A program made the position numbers and the translations under genes. This document shows, one piece after another, positions 16,577-25,973 of a DNA stretch of 40,465 bases (within the stretch, counting starts at the first letter, position 1; each line of letters begins with the position of its first letter). Source of the DNA: Polyangiales bacterium (GTDB taxonomy: Bacteria > Myxococcota_A > Polyangia > Polyangiales > Houyiibacteriaceae); assembly GCA_045106895.1 (NCBI GenBank), contig JBGCFM010000038.1, forward strand, positions 1 through 40,465, in the 5' to 3' direction. The notes beneath the pieces are model-generated. The model saw nothing but the letters and a program-made list of their open reading frames with translations. It searched no databases and was not told where the DNA came from.

Positions 16577-17541
16577 CCCGCGCGGGAACGCGACGGGTAC
16601 GCGTCGCCGTGCTGGCACTTTGTGTGTGCGCAGCCGTCGCCGGGTCGTGGTGGTGGAAGAGCCGCGTCACGCTTCACGACAGCCCCCTCGCCAACGTTCC
16701 CGCCTCCGCCATGGGCCTCGTCCACGTTCGTTGGCCGGAGCTTCGAGCCTCCAGGCTCTGGCAAGATGTCGTCGTCGCACGAGGCGGCGACGGCGCCCTC
16801 CGCGCGCTGGAAGAAGAATGCGGATTCGACTGGTCCGCCGACCTTTTGACCGTCACCGCCTTCGCTCACCGCTCCGCGCAAGGTGGCGAAATGCTGCCGG
16901 AGCATGTGGCGTTCATCCTGACGGGCCCTCTCCAACTAGAGAGGATGATGGCCTGCGCTCCGCCGTCCGCCGGAGAGCTTGAGCCACGTGACATCGATGG
17001 TGTGCGCGCCTTCGCCGCCGGTGAATACAACGCGGCGCTCCTCGACGATGGCGCGCTCCTCGTCGGTCATGTCGATGCGCTCCGAGCCGTCATCCGTACG
17101 CTCCGAAGCGAGGAGCAGAGCATGGCGGATGTCCCAGCGCTCCGCTCAGCGTTTGGTCTCGTCTCAAACGAACGTCACCTGAGCGCAGCGCTACAGCTCG
17201 ATGAACGCTGGCAAGGAGCCTTTGAGGATATCGTCGAGGAACAAGGAGGGGACGAGGACGCGCCCGAGTTTATCGTCGCGGGAGCGCGCGTGTCCCGGGG
17301 TCTAACCGTTGGGGCCATCGCGAACTTTGCTTCGGGATCAGACGCACGCTCCCTTGAAGACCGGCTTCGGCAAATGCGTGACGAATGGGCGGGTCAGCTC
17401 GCCGTCGCGCTCTCTCCCCTCGGCCCAGCGCTCCGCTCCATCGTCATGGAAACCGAAGGCACGAAGCTTCAGCTGGCCTTCGACCTGGACGCTCGACGCA
17501 TTGACGAGCTCATTGAGCTGCTGGACGAGCAAAGCCCGTAG
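16573..17541 (+). CDS. Hypothetical membrane-anchored or exported protein
   Basis: ATGA overlap with rnhA stop; N-terminal hydrophobic anchor VAVLALCVCAAVAGSWWW; no recognised family. Confidence 0.7.
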   Translation: MTRAGTRRVRVAVLALCVCAAVAGSWWWKSRVTLHDSPLANVPASAMGLVHVRWPELRASRLWQDVVVARGGDGALRALEEECGFDWSADLLTVTAFAHRSAQGGEMLPEHVAFILTGPLQLERMMACAPPSAGELEPRDIDGVRAFAAGEYNAALLDDGALLVGHVDALRAVIRTLRSEEQSMADVPALRSAFGLVSNERHLSAALQLDERWQGAFEDIVEEQGGDEDAPEFIVAGARVSRGLTVGAIANFASGSDARSLEDRLRQMRDEWAGQLAVALSPLGPALRSIVMETEGTKLQLAFDLDARRIDELIELLDEQSP

Positions 17542-17558
17542 CAAGCAAGAGCGTGGAG

Positions 17559-18659
17559 CTAACGTGCGCTCTCGCCAGCCTTGGCGGCGGCTGTGGCAAA
17601 TCGCTGCGTAGCCTCTTCGTCGAGGCCAAAGAGACGCCAGCCGCGCCGCTTCGCGAGATGTAGCTCCAACGAAACCTCGCCTTTGCGACCGGGCCAAAGG
17701 CTCGACAGGGCCAGGTCTAGACCGGCGCCGAGGGCAAGGATCACTGCGCCGGCGAGGAGCAGGTAGGTCTCCCCGCTCCGAACGCCTTCAAAGAGCCAGA
17801 AGCCCCCGACGAGCACGCCCAGCGCAAAGCAGGTTGTCCCCAAAAGGAGCGCCGCCCGTGGGAAACGCGTCGAGGCCGCGAGCCCGTGAATGCTGGCGAA
17901 GGGCAGCTCCTCGCACTTCGTGCCCATCGCGCGTCCGAGGATCTGGGTCGAATGCTCAAGGCGAAGTCCTGTGCGGGTCTGTTGAATCGTCCCGGTTCGC
18001 CGGTAGCCCACCAGCGCGAGAACTCCGCGGCCCAGCCACTCGAGGAGTGCCCAGCCGCTGACGAGCCTCACAAATGCGGCGAAGCCTTCTCGCGGCACCC
18101 GCTCAAGTTTGCCGCCGAGGGACTCCCCTGGCGTGCTTGGTCCCGGTGGCGGCTGGCTTGGCGACGACCCGTGAGACGACGCATCCAGGGCCGCGCGACG
18201 GAGCGCCTGGACCGCGGTCTCGCGCATCGTCGAGGGCGTGTCCCCGAGGCCGCGACGAACGACGGTCCACACGTGGCTCGCGTCTTTTTTAAGAACCGGC
18301 TCCACCAACTCGTAGGCGGGATAGTCCGTCGCAAAGCTAAGCCAGTCCGCGTGTTCACAAAACCGGATGACGCGCTCGTCGTCCTCCAGGTGAGGACGAA
18401 GGCCTTCGATGGCGAGGGCCATCACAAGCGCGTATTCCTCGGAGTTTCCAGGTCCTCGACGAAGCCAAGCGAGCACGTCGTGATCGCCGAGCGTGCCGTC
18501 CTCGACTCCGTGGGCGTCGCGCTTGGTGTCCACAAACTCTTCGCCGGCGAAGAGCGTCTGCCCTTCGGCCTGGCGCGAAACCACGTCCAGGACGAGCGCG
18601 GCGAGCTTTGGGTCCGCCTGTTGGGCCAAGGAAGCGGCGTCTCTAAGTTCTCGGGACAT
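17559..18659 (-). CDS. Hypothetical membrane protein
   Basis: 366-aa ORF with helical N-terminus, Pro/Ser linker and C-terminal TM hairpin. Confidence 0.7.
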   Translation of the reverse strand: MSRELRDAASLAQQADPKLAALVLDVVSRQAEGQTLFAGEEFVDTKRDAHGVEDGTLGDHDVLAWLRRGPGNSEEYALVMALAIEGLRPHLEDDERVIRFCEHADWLSFATDYPAYELVEPVLKKDASHVWTVVRRGLGDTPSTMRETAVQALRRAALDASSHGSSPSQPPPGPSTPGESLGGKLERVPREGFAAFVRLVSGWALLEWLGRGVLALVGYRRTGTIQQTRTGLRLEHSTQILGRAMGTKCEELPFASIHGLAASTRFPRAALLLGTTCFALGVLVGGFWLFEGVRSGETYLLLAGAVILALGAGLDLALSSLWPGRKGEVSLELHLAKRRGWRLFGLDEEATQRFATAAAKAGESAR

Positions 18660-18742
18660 TACGTGGCCGTATAGCAGAAGAAGGCAGAGCAGCGAGGAGG
18701 CGCATGGACCCTTAAACGCCGGCTCCCGGGTCGGGCATTCCC

Positions 18743-20089
18743 CTACTCTTCCTCGCCCGCACGCGAATCGGGCGATTCGGGCGATTCGGGCGAATCCGCA
18801 TCAGAAGGAGGTGGTTCGCTCGGCGTCTCAGAAGCGTCGTCCTGTTCGGTGTCCTCCGCTGGCTCAGCGGCTGGTGGCTCATCCGCATCCTCTGGACTCG
18901 ATTCATCCTCGGCGTCCTCCGCCTCGCCAACCTCCTCATCGGCTTCGAACGCCGGCGCATCTGGCTCCGGCGCATCTGGCTCCGGCGCATCTGGTAGTTC
19001 CGGCTCATCCGCTGGCTTCCCTTCCAAGAAGAGCGCGGACTTTCGGTAATGGGCGACACCGTGAACCACGAAGATCTTCGCGATGGCCGCCGCTGGTACC
19101 GCCAGGAGCACGCCGAGGAACCCGAAGAGCTCTCCGAAGGCGAGGAGAGCGATAAGCACCCAGACCGCCGACAGCCCAACCTTGTCGCCGACGATGGCGG
19201 GTGTGATGACAAAACCTTCGAGCACCTGAACGATGCCGTAAACAATGAGCACGCCGATGATGGGGTCCCACCCCTGCCAGTCGAAGAAGCACATTCCAAG
19301 AGCGAGAATGAGCGCGAGGCTACCGCCGACGTACGGGATGAACGACACGAGTCCCGCTGCGATGGCGATAGGAATGGCGAGCCGAACGCCGACGATGGAG
19401 TAGCCAATGGCGTAAAGCACAGCCAGGGCCAGCATCACGAGCAACTGGCCGCGAATGAACTGCCCTAGGACATCATCGATCTCTCCAGCGAGCTTTAGCA
19501 CGAGGGGCCGGCGCCTATGCGGCACCAAGTCGCGCATCGCGGCGGTGATCCGATCGAAATCGTAGAGCAAGTAGAAGGAGAACACCGGAATCAAAAAGAA
19601 ATGGATAACGGCGGCAGCGGCGCTCGCGGTCCCGCCGACGACCCAACCGAGTACCGCTGTTGCGGGCGCGACGGCCTGCCGGGCTACGCCTTGGGCGTCG
19701 TCCCCGAAGCGCTCGAAGAGGTCGCCGAGGGAATGAGGAACGCTGATTCCGTAACTGCTAAGGACCGGTTCCCACTCCGCAAAGAGTCGCCGCGTGGCGC
19801 CAGGGACCTCGCCGGCAAAGTCCGCGATGTCGCGCACCACGCCCGGTAGAACCATCAGTAGAAAGCCACCGATGACGGTGATGCCGAACACCAGCAGGAC
19901 GACGATTCCGGCAGCGCGCGGCATCTTTCGTTCTTCGAACCAGTCGACGAGGGGGTCGAGCATGTACGCGATGAGGAACGCGAAGAAGATCGGCGTCACG
20001 ACGGCCCGAAGAGCCCAAAAGAGCATCAAGAAAAGTACCGCCGCCGCGGTCCAGGCCACGATACGTACGCTTCGCGTCGTCGAATCCAT
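18743..20089 (-). CDS. AI-2E (PerM/UPF0118) family transporter with long acidic C-terminal tail
   Basis: AFLIAYMLDPLVDWFE, FIRGQLLV, SFIPYVG, LEGFVITPAIVGDKVGL, FGELFGFLGVLLAVP. Start placed at ATG 20089. Confidence 0.92.
   Translation of the reverse strand: MDSTTRSVRIVAWTAAAVLFLMLFWALRAVVTPIFFAFLIAYMLDPLVDWFEERKMPRAAGIVVLLVFGITVIGGFLLMVLPGVVRDIADFAGEVPGATRRLFAEWEPVLSSYGISVPHSLGDLFERFGDDAQGVARQAVAPATAVLGWVVGGTASAAAAVIHFFLIPVFSFYLLYDFDRITAAMRDLVPHRRRPLVLKLAGEIDDVLGQFIRGQLLVMLALAVLYAIGYSIVGVRLAIPIAIAAGLVSFIPYVGGSLALILALGMCFFDWQGWDPIIGVLIVYGIVQVLEGFVITPAIVGDKVGLSAVWVLIALLAFGELFGFLGVLLAVPAAAIAKIFVVHGVAHYRKSALFLEGKPADEPELPDAPEPDAPEPDAPAFEADEEVGEAEDAEDESSPEDADEPPAAEPAEDTEQDDASETPSEPPPSDADSPESPESPDSRAGEEE
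18768..18794. repeat. Coding 9-bp tandem repeat x3 in the AI-2E tail (SPE/SPD)
   Basis: tcgggcgat tcgggcgat tcgggcgaa. Confidence 0.8.
18952..18994. repeat. Coding 15-bp tandem repeat x~3 in the AI-2E tail (PDAPE)
   Basis: ccggcgcatctggct twice plus ccggcgcatctgg. Confidence 0.85.
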
Positions 20090-20096
20090 GGGCCAG

Positions 20097-20125
20097 AGAG
20101 TCCAACGCAGGGAAAACCACGTCAA
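20097..20125 (-). promoter_or_regulatory. Putative sigma70-type promoter of the AI-2E gene (leaderless-like)
   Basis: Minus strand TTGACG-17 nt-GACTCT, 7 nt before ATG 20089; no SD. Confidence 0.45.
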
Positions 20126-20191
20126 CCACGCAAGAGGTCGCCCGTCTAGGTCGAGGGGCTCGACGCTGGGCCATGATTTTTGAATCGCACG

Positions 20192-20220
20192 CTAGAACTT
20201 CTGAGATGGAGTGGTACTAG
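20192..20220. repeat. Solo terminal fragment of the palindromic element family
   Basis: agaacttctgagatggag (20194-20211) is identical to 9555-9572 and is followed by tggtactag, whose CTAG holds the stop of the HupE/UreJ gene. Confidence 0.7.
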
Positions 20221-21299
20221 AGGCGGTCGATGAACCAATACACGGCGCAGAGCATCACCAGCAGCGACACCGCTTGTGTGATGCGCCGATAGCTCTTCTG
20301 CCCGGACAGCCAGAGCAAAGGACCAAAGCAGAGAACGACAAACGCCAGCTGCGCCGCCTCGATGCCCAGGTTGAAGCCCGTCAGCGCGAGCGCCCGTCGG
20401 CCTCCAGGAAGCCCCACGTCGGCGAGTACGCTGGAGAAACCGAAACCATGGATGAGACCAAAGACGAACGCAGCCCATGGACGTTCGTGCCGGCGTCCCG
20501 TGTTCCAGCGCCCTTCGGGGATCATATTCCACACCGCCACAACGACGATAGACGCCGCGATGGCGACTTCGACCGGCCGGATCGGAAGCGACACAAGGTC
20601 CAACGCCGCGCACACGAGCGTGATGCTGTGACCGAGCGTGAACGCCGTCACGAGCCAAGCGAGGGAGCGTAACGCCGTGGATGCTTTCTTTGAGCGCCAC
20701 CCAAGAGCGACGCCAAAGATCAGTGTCAAAAGGAAGAGTACGTGATCGAAACCGAGGGCAAAATGCAGAGCGCCCTGTTTGAGAAATTCGACGAAGAGGG
20801 CGCCGCTTCCGAGGAGCTCGATGCTCATCTCGCGACTGCCACCGCGCAGCACCTGGGGTGAGACTTGTCCGCCCTGGATCACCCGCACGAGGGTCTCGTG
20901 CTGCGGGTCGTCGTCAAAGACCGTATCGTCGCGCAGCCGGAGAGCGCCCGGAATGCAGGTAGCGTTGCCTTCAAACCGAAGGTAGCGGCCGAGTTCTCGG
21001 TCCACGAACTCGAAGGAACTCAGCCTTTGTTCGCACGGCTCTTGTGTTCGAAGCACCACCCCCTCGAGGATCCATGCTTCAAGCGCACGTCGCCGCACAC
21101 GAACCGCCTCCTCGCTTGCATCCTCCGCGAGTTGGAGTTCCATGGCCGCGTCGACCACTTCGACATCGATGACGAAATCCGCGCCATCTTCGCGTGGCGT
21201 GATGTCGACGAAGGTGACGCTACCGAGGTGAGCGTTCGCCCCGCTTGGGAACGCACCGAGGCACACGAGGGCGATGAGGCTAAGAAGTAGTCCTCGCAT
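20217..21299 (-). CDS. HupE/UreJ family protein with periplasmic N-terminal domain
   Basis: Signal peptide ending ANAH; G..HFALGFDHVLFL, VTAFTLGHSITL, VEVAIAASIV, FGLIHGFGF, GFNLGIE. Confidence 0.9.
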   Translation of the reverse strand: MRGLLLSLIALVCLGAFPSGANAHLGSVTFVDITPREDGADFVIDVEVVDAAMELQLAEDASEEAVRVRRRALEAWILEGVVLRTQEPCEQRLSSFEFVDRELGRYLRFEGNATCIPGALRLRDDTVFDDDPQHETLVRVIQGGQVSPQVLRGGSREMSIELLGSGALFVEFLKQGALHFALGFDHVLFLLTLIFGVALGWRSKKASTALRSLAWLVTAFTLGHSITLVCAALDLVSLPIRPVEVAIAASIVVVAVWNMIPEGRWNTGRRHERPWAAFVFGLIHGFGFSSVLADVGLPGGRRALALTGFNLGIEAAQLAFVVLCFGPLLWLSGQKSYRRITQAVSLLVMLCAVYWFIDRL

Positions 21300-21319
21300 G
21301 AGGGTACGTCCCGCGAAGC

Positions 21320-22501
21320 TCAGAGACAGGCGCCGTATTCAGTCCCGTTGAAGATGAGCGGATCACTGAGGGGGATGCAGGTCGTTCCCGCATGGGCGTT
21401 GCACTCATTCCCAACAGGGCTCGCGCGCCGGCAAGTCCGCAGGCACTGCATGACCGCGGGCGGTCCTGCAGACGTCGTGAAGCAATCGAAGCCCGTCGCA
21501 CAATCAGCCCGCTCCGTGCAGGTCTGTCCTTGCGTGGCGCTGCCCGTGACATCGCAATCGCTGAGACGTCGACCCATGGGGTCGGTGAAGAGTGAGCAGC
21601 CAGTATCCGCAGGACATCCAGCGTTCGTCGCAGGATCGCAATGGGTCGTGCAGATGTTCTGTGTGGTGCCCGTGACGGTCACCAAGCAGAGCGCACCGAC
21701 GCCGCCGGAGCAGTCTGCGTCGGTGTCGCAGAAGCCGCGACACATCGTGATCGTGCCAGCACCGTCCAGGTCGATGCAGACGTTTCCGCCTTCGCAGATC
21801 TCGCTGCCGTTGCACGACTCACCGGTCGACGCCGTGCCCGACGGCGCGCAGACACGTTCGTCCATGCCCGTGATGTAGCAGCTGTTGCCATCCGGACATC
21901 CGCACTGAGGCGACACGAGCCGACAAGGGGTTTCGCCACAGCCTGGGGAGATGCAGCCGGTCGCGGTGCAGATCTGCGGGCTCGCGCACATGCTGTTGTT
22001 GGGTGTCGACTGGCACATGCCCGTGGCCGGAACACACGAATCCACGGTGCACGACACACCGTCATCACAAACGACCGCCGTTCCCGCTTCGCACATTCCC
22101 GCGACGCAGGTTTCTTCGCCGTCACAAGGGTTGCCGTTGTCGCACTCGGCATCACCGGTGCAGCCGGAATCGAACACGTCCGGCGGAACATCCGGAGGAG
22201 GACCGGCGTCGTTGCCGGCGTCGAAGACATCGGCGGCTGCGTCCATCGGCGGAGGACCGCCGTCCGCGCCTGGCCCCACGTCTGTTCCTGGTCCGGCGTC
22301 CACTCCGGGGACATCGGGAGTTGGGCCCGCGTCAAAGTCCGGTCCCATGTCGGCCATGACCGTCGAGTCAGAAGCGGGAATGTCTGCCTGCCCTGAATCC
22401 GTTGCGCTGGCGTCGCCGGGGCGCATGCCTCCTCCACCGTCCGCGCATGCGCCGACAACAAGAAGACAACCTAAGAAGAGACACGAAAACTGAACACGCA
22501 T
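21320..22501 (-). CDS. Cys-rich secreted lipoprotein with Asp/Pro/Gly-rich linker
   Basis: Lipobox VVGAC; DAG/PPD linker repeats; Cys-rich modules (CDNGNPCDGEETC, CDDGVSCTVDSC). Start re-placed at ATG 22501. Confidence 0.8.
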   Translation of the reverse strand: MRVQFSCLFLGCLLVVGACADGGGGMRPGDASATDSGQADIPASDSTVMADMGPDFDAGPTPDVPGVDAGPGTDVGPGADGGPPPMDAAADVFDAGNDAGPPPDVPPDVFDSGCTGDAECDNGNPCDGEETCVAGMCEAGTAVVCDDGVSCTVDSCVPATGMCQSTPNNSMCASPQICTATGCISPGCGETPCRLVSPQCGCPDGNSCYITGMDERVCAPSGTASTGESCNGSEICEGGNVCIDLDGAGTITMCRGFCDTDADCSGGVGALCLVTVTGTTQNICTTHCDPATNAGCPADTGCSLFTDPMGRRLSDCDVTGSATQGQTCTERADCATGFDCFTTSAGPPAVMQCLRTCRRASPVGNECNAHAGTTCIPLSDPLIFNGTEYGACL

Positions 22502-22593
22502 AAGTCCTACACCATAGGTTCCAGAGGGCTCGCCGGCAAACTGCCGCTCTGGCCGCCTTCTTGGGCCGTTCCACGCTATGCTCCGACGCCCCC

Positions 22594-25227
22594 ATGCCCC
22601 GTTCGCTACATCCACTACGCACTCTCTCTCCACGACGCGCGGGAGAATTCGGCAGCAAAGCCGTCGGTTTGGCCACGTTGATCCGAGAAGGTCTCCCGGT
22701 TCCGCAGGGGTTTGCCCTGAGCAGCCGAGCCGCAACGGACTTCTACCACCTGGCCTTGGCCCCGCCTGAGCTCCCGAGCGCCCTCCGGGCGGGCGGACCA
22801 CTGAACGAAGACCAGCTCAGCGCGATCCGGCAGAAGCTCACGTCGTTCCCTATCCCGGCCATGCTCCGGGACCAGCTTCGCGATGTCCTCACCCTACTCC
22901 TCGAAGACGGAACACAAGCCATCGCGGTGCGCTCGTCATCCACCGTCGAAGACCGAGACGCCGTCAGTGGTGCGGGATTGCACAGCACATTCCTTGGCGT
23001 GCGCACAGAAGAGGAGCTGCACGACGCGCTTCGCCACGTGTGGGCATCCCTCTTCCGCGACCGTGTCTTCGGATACCACCGACCCGCCGGCGCTGAGACA
23101 CCACGCATCGGCGTCGTGCTCCAGCGCTTGATCCCGGCGGACGTGTCTGGCGTTCTCTTCACCGCAAACCCGCTCACCGGAGACGCTGGGGAGCTCGTCA
23201 TCGACGCCTCCTTCGGACTCGGCCGCCTGGTCGTCGACGGCCGCGTTTCGCCGGACTCGATCCGAATGGACAAGGCGAGTCGTGGGCCCCGAGACCGAAT
23301 TGTCGGAACGAAACACATCCGCCTCGACTTCGTGAACGGCGTGACCGAAGAGTCGTCCGTCGCACCAGAGCTCGCGTCTGAGCTCGCGCTGACAAGCCCG
23401 CAGGTCGATGCGTTGACCCGCCTGGGAATGCGTATCGAAGACCTCGTCGGAAAGCCGCAGGACGTGGAGTGGGCCCTTTGCGACGGCGAGTTCTTCGTCC
23501 TTCAGGCTCGACCTATCACGACCGCCTTGCAGCCTGGCACTCAGCGATGGCGCAAACGAGATGTCAGTCGAACTCCGCGAGACTCCATCGTTTGGTCGAA
23601 CGTCAACGTGGGCGAAGCCCTCCCCGGCGTCGCCACGCCGCTCACTTGGTCGATTCTGAGCGGGTTTAGCGAGCTTGGTTTTCGCCGCGCGTTTGGCGCC
23701 CTCGGCTGCGCAGTTCCCCCGGACGCGGAGCTCGTCGGCAACTTCCGTGGACGCATCTTTCTAAACCTCACAGAGTTCATGTCGATCCTGACGCAGGTCC
23801 CAGGACTTCGTCCAAAGAGGCTCCTCGCCCTCGGTGGTGGCGGCGGCGTCCAGGAGCTCGAAGCCAGCATTCGGCCGCGAAGTCCGGCGCGCTTTCTCGC
23901 GCGCATACCGTGGACGCTGACTCGCTTCGCCCGCGAAAACCGATCGCTCTCAGAGCGAGTCGAAGCTTTCGAGGCGACGCTCCGAATCGAACGCAAGAGG
24001 ATGCGACGGGTGGACCCGCGAGTGCTGACCGGCACAAGTCTCTCGCGCACCATCAACGATGTGGCGCGACTTCTCGATGAGAGCGGCGCCATCATGCTCA
24101 CCGCCTACGGGAACCTCTTGGGCTCCGTCGTTCTCCTCAACGCCGCCCTTCGGCTCTTTACCCGTGACGACGCGCCGCGACTCGCGCAGGAGCTCCTCAC
24201 CGGGCTCTCGGACTTGGACAGCGCAGCTCCAGGAATCGCTTTGTGGCACATCGCGGCCCTCGCAGCGGACGAACCCGCAGCGGCTGAGGTGATTCGCTCC
24301 GGCGAAGCAGGCCTCACGGTCTCGTCCTTGCCGCACGGAGCGACGCGCCGGGCGCTAAGCACATTCCTCGAAGCCTACGGTCACCGAGGCCCGCGAGAAG
24401 CCGAACTCCGCGAGCCGCGTTGGCGCGAGGACCCCGCGGTGCTCTTCGCGACGCTCCGGCTTCACCTCTCTCAGAGCGGTCCCACCCCCGTTGAACGCGA
24501 ACGCAAGATGCGCGCGCGCCGAGAAGCTGCGGAAGAAGAGTTGCGTGGGCGGACGCCGGTTCCGGTGGTGCCCATGCTCCGCAAACTCCTCTCCCTTGCG
24601 CGGCGTTTCATGCGTTTGCGCGAGCGCCTTCGTGGCTACGTCACCGAAGTCCTCGGCGAGTACAGGCGGATCGCCCTCGATGCATCTCGGCGCATCCACG
24701 TTCGCGAACCCGACGCTGGTGAGGATGCCGCGTTCTTCTTGACGGAATCGGAGCTGCAAGACGTGCTCAGTTCCGACATGAGCGTCGCGACGCGTGTTCG
24801 GCAGAGGCGCCGACAGTACGAGCGCGACCGGGCACTGCCAGACCCCCCCCACACCTTTGTTGGCTACCCGCCACCTACCTCCGCGGCCCCACAGAGCAAG
24901 ACCACCGACACCCTCATTGGGCTGCCCGCGAGTCCTGGCCGTATCCGTGGGCGCGCCCGCGTGATCACGGACAACGCGGAGCTCCGCGACGTCGCTGTAG
25001 GAGAGATCCTCGTGACCCCCTGCGCGGATGTTGGCCTCGCGCCGCTCTTCTTGACAGCGGCGGGGGTCGTCACGGACCTGGGCGGACCGCTCTCCCACGC
25101 GTCCATCGTTCTTCGGGAGTATGGAGTCCCAGCCGTCGTCAACGCCGCGGGTGCCACAGCGCGCATCAAGAGTGGTGACCTCATCGAGATCGACGGCGAG
25201 CTCGGCCACGTTCGAATTCTCCCATGA
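22594..25227 (+). CDS. PEP-utilising dikinase family protein with rifampin-phosphotransferase-like architecture
   Basis: ATP-grasp GSKA, AVRSSSTVED, SGVLFTANP, QDVEWA, LQARPIT; central domain starting WSNVNVGEALPGVATPLTWS; phospho-His swivel TDLGGPLSHASIVLREYGVPAV at the C-terminus; no pyruvate-binding TIM barrel. Confidence 0.85.
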   Translation: MPRSLHPLRTLSPRRAGEFGSKAVGLATLIREGLPVPQGFALSSRAATDFYHLALAPPELPSALRAGGPLNEDQLSAIRQKLTSFPIPAMLRDQLRDVLTLLLEDGTQAIAVRSSSTVEDRDAVSGAGLHSTFLGVRTEEELHDALRHVWASLFRDRVFGYHRPAGAETPRIGVVLQRLIPADVSGVLFTANPLTGDAGELVIDASFGLGRLVVDGRVSPDSIRMDKASRGPRDRIVGTKHIRLDFVNGVTEESSVAPELASELALTSPQVDALTRLGMRIEDLVGKPQDVEWALCDGEFFVLQARPITTALQPGTQRWRKRDVSRTPRDSIVWSNVNVGEALPGVATPLTWSILSGFSELGFRRAFGALGCAVPPDAELVGNFRGRIFLNLTEFMSILTQVPGLRPKRLLALGGGGGVQELEASIRPRSPARFLARIPWTLTRFARENRSLSERVEAFEATLRIERKRMRRVDPRVLTGTSLSRTINDVARLLDESGAIMLTAYGNLLGSVVLLNAALRLFTRDDAPRLAQELLTGLSDLDSAAPGIALWHIAALAADEPAAAEVIRSGEAGLTVSSLPHGATRRALSTFLEAYGHRGPREAELREPRWREDPAVLFATLRLHLSQSGPTPVERERKMRARREAAEEELRGRTPVPVVPMLRKLLSLARRFMRLRERLRGYVTEVLGEYRRIALDASRRIHVREPDAGEDAAFFLTESELQDVLSSDMSVATRVRQRRRQYERDRALPDPPHTFVGYPPPTSAAPQSKTTDTLIGLPASPGRIRGRARVITDNAELRDVAVGEILVTPCADVGLAPLFLTAAGVVTDLGGPLSHASIVLREYGVPAVVNAAGATARIKSGDLIEIDGELGHVRILP

Positions 25228-25970
25228 AGCCCAGCTCAAAGATTCACATCGTCCACCAAGATCACCACCTCCTGGTGGTCAGCAAACCTCCGGGCCTCGC
25301 CACAACGGCTCCAGGAGACGGGGATTGCCTAACGCGAAGGCTCCGGGAAGGCAGAACGATCCGAGCGGGACAGCGGGCCATCCACGCCAGCTCTCGCCTC
25401 GACTCGCCCGTGAGCGGTCTGGTGACTTTTGCCCAGACCAACGAAGCCATCGGCGCACTCAAAGAAGCCCGCGAAGCGGCGCGTTACCGGCGACGCTACC
25501 TCGCCTTGAGCCTCTCGGCGCCCGGCCCCACTTCGGGCTCATGGAACTGGCCCATCGGCATCAATCTGAAGGACGTCCGCTTGCGGCAGGTCGCCGTGCC
25601 GGGACGAACAGAACGCATCCAAGAAGCGGCGACGCACTACCGTAGCGCGACTTATGAAGGCGTGAGTCTCCTCGTGCTCGAGCCCCAAACCGGACGAACA
25701 CACCAGCTACGTGTCCACGCGATGGCGGCGGGATGTCCCCTCCTCGGGGACACCTCCTACGGCGGTGGCAAACGCGTCACGCTCTCGAACGGTCGTGTTC
25801 TCAGCGCCCGACGGGTGATGCTCCACTGTGCGCAGCTCCGCATTCCGGACGTCGCGAGCGGAGGCGACCTCGCTCTTCGGCTTCCTCCCGCGGACGACTT
25901 CTCATCCCTCTTTAGCGCGCTGGGTGGCCCAGCCGCCGCGCTCACGGACGCCTTGGCGCCCTTCGACTGA
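25224..25970 (+). CDS. RluA family pseudouridine synthase (no S4 domain)
   Basis: LLVVSKPPGL, SRLDSPVSGLV (catalytic Asp), RRYLAL, TGRTHQLRVH, PLLGDTSYG, MLHC. Confidence 0.9.
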   Translation: MKPSSKIHIVHQDHHLLVVSKPPGLATTAPGDGDCLTRRLREGRTIRAGQRAIHASSRLDSPVSGLVTFAQTNEAIGALKEAREAARYRRRYLALSLSAPGPTSGSWNWPIGINLKDVRLRQVAVPGRTERIQEAATHYRSATYEGVSLLVLEPQTGRTHQLRVHAMAAGCPLLGDTSYGGGKRVTLSNGRVLSARRVMLHCAQLRIPDVASGGDLALRLPPADDFSSLFSALGGPAAALTDALAPFD

Positions 25971-25973
25971 CCC

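Noticed and set aside
22521..22552. Imperfect inverted repeat upstream of the dikinase as a rifamycin-associated element (RAE)
   Set aside because: Only loose resemblance (gggctcgccggcaa) that needs a gap and lacks the RAE symmetry; such matches are expected in GC-rich DNA.
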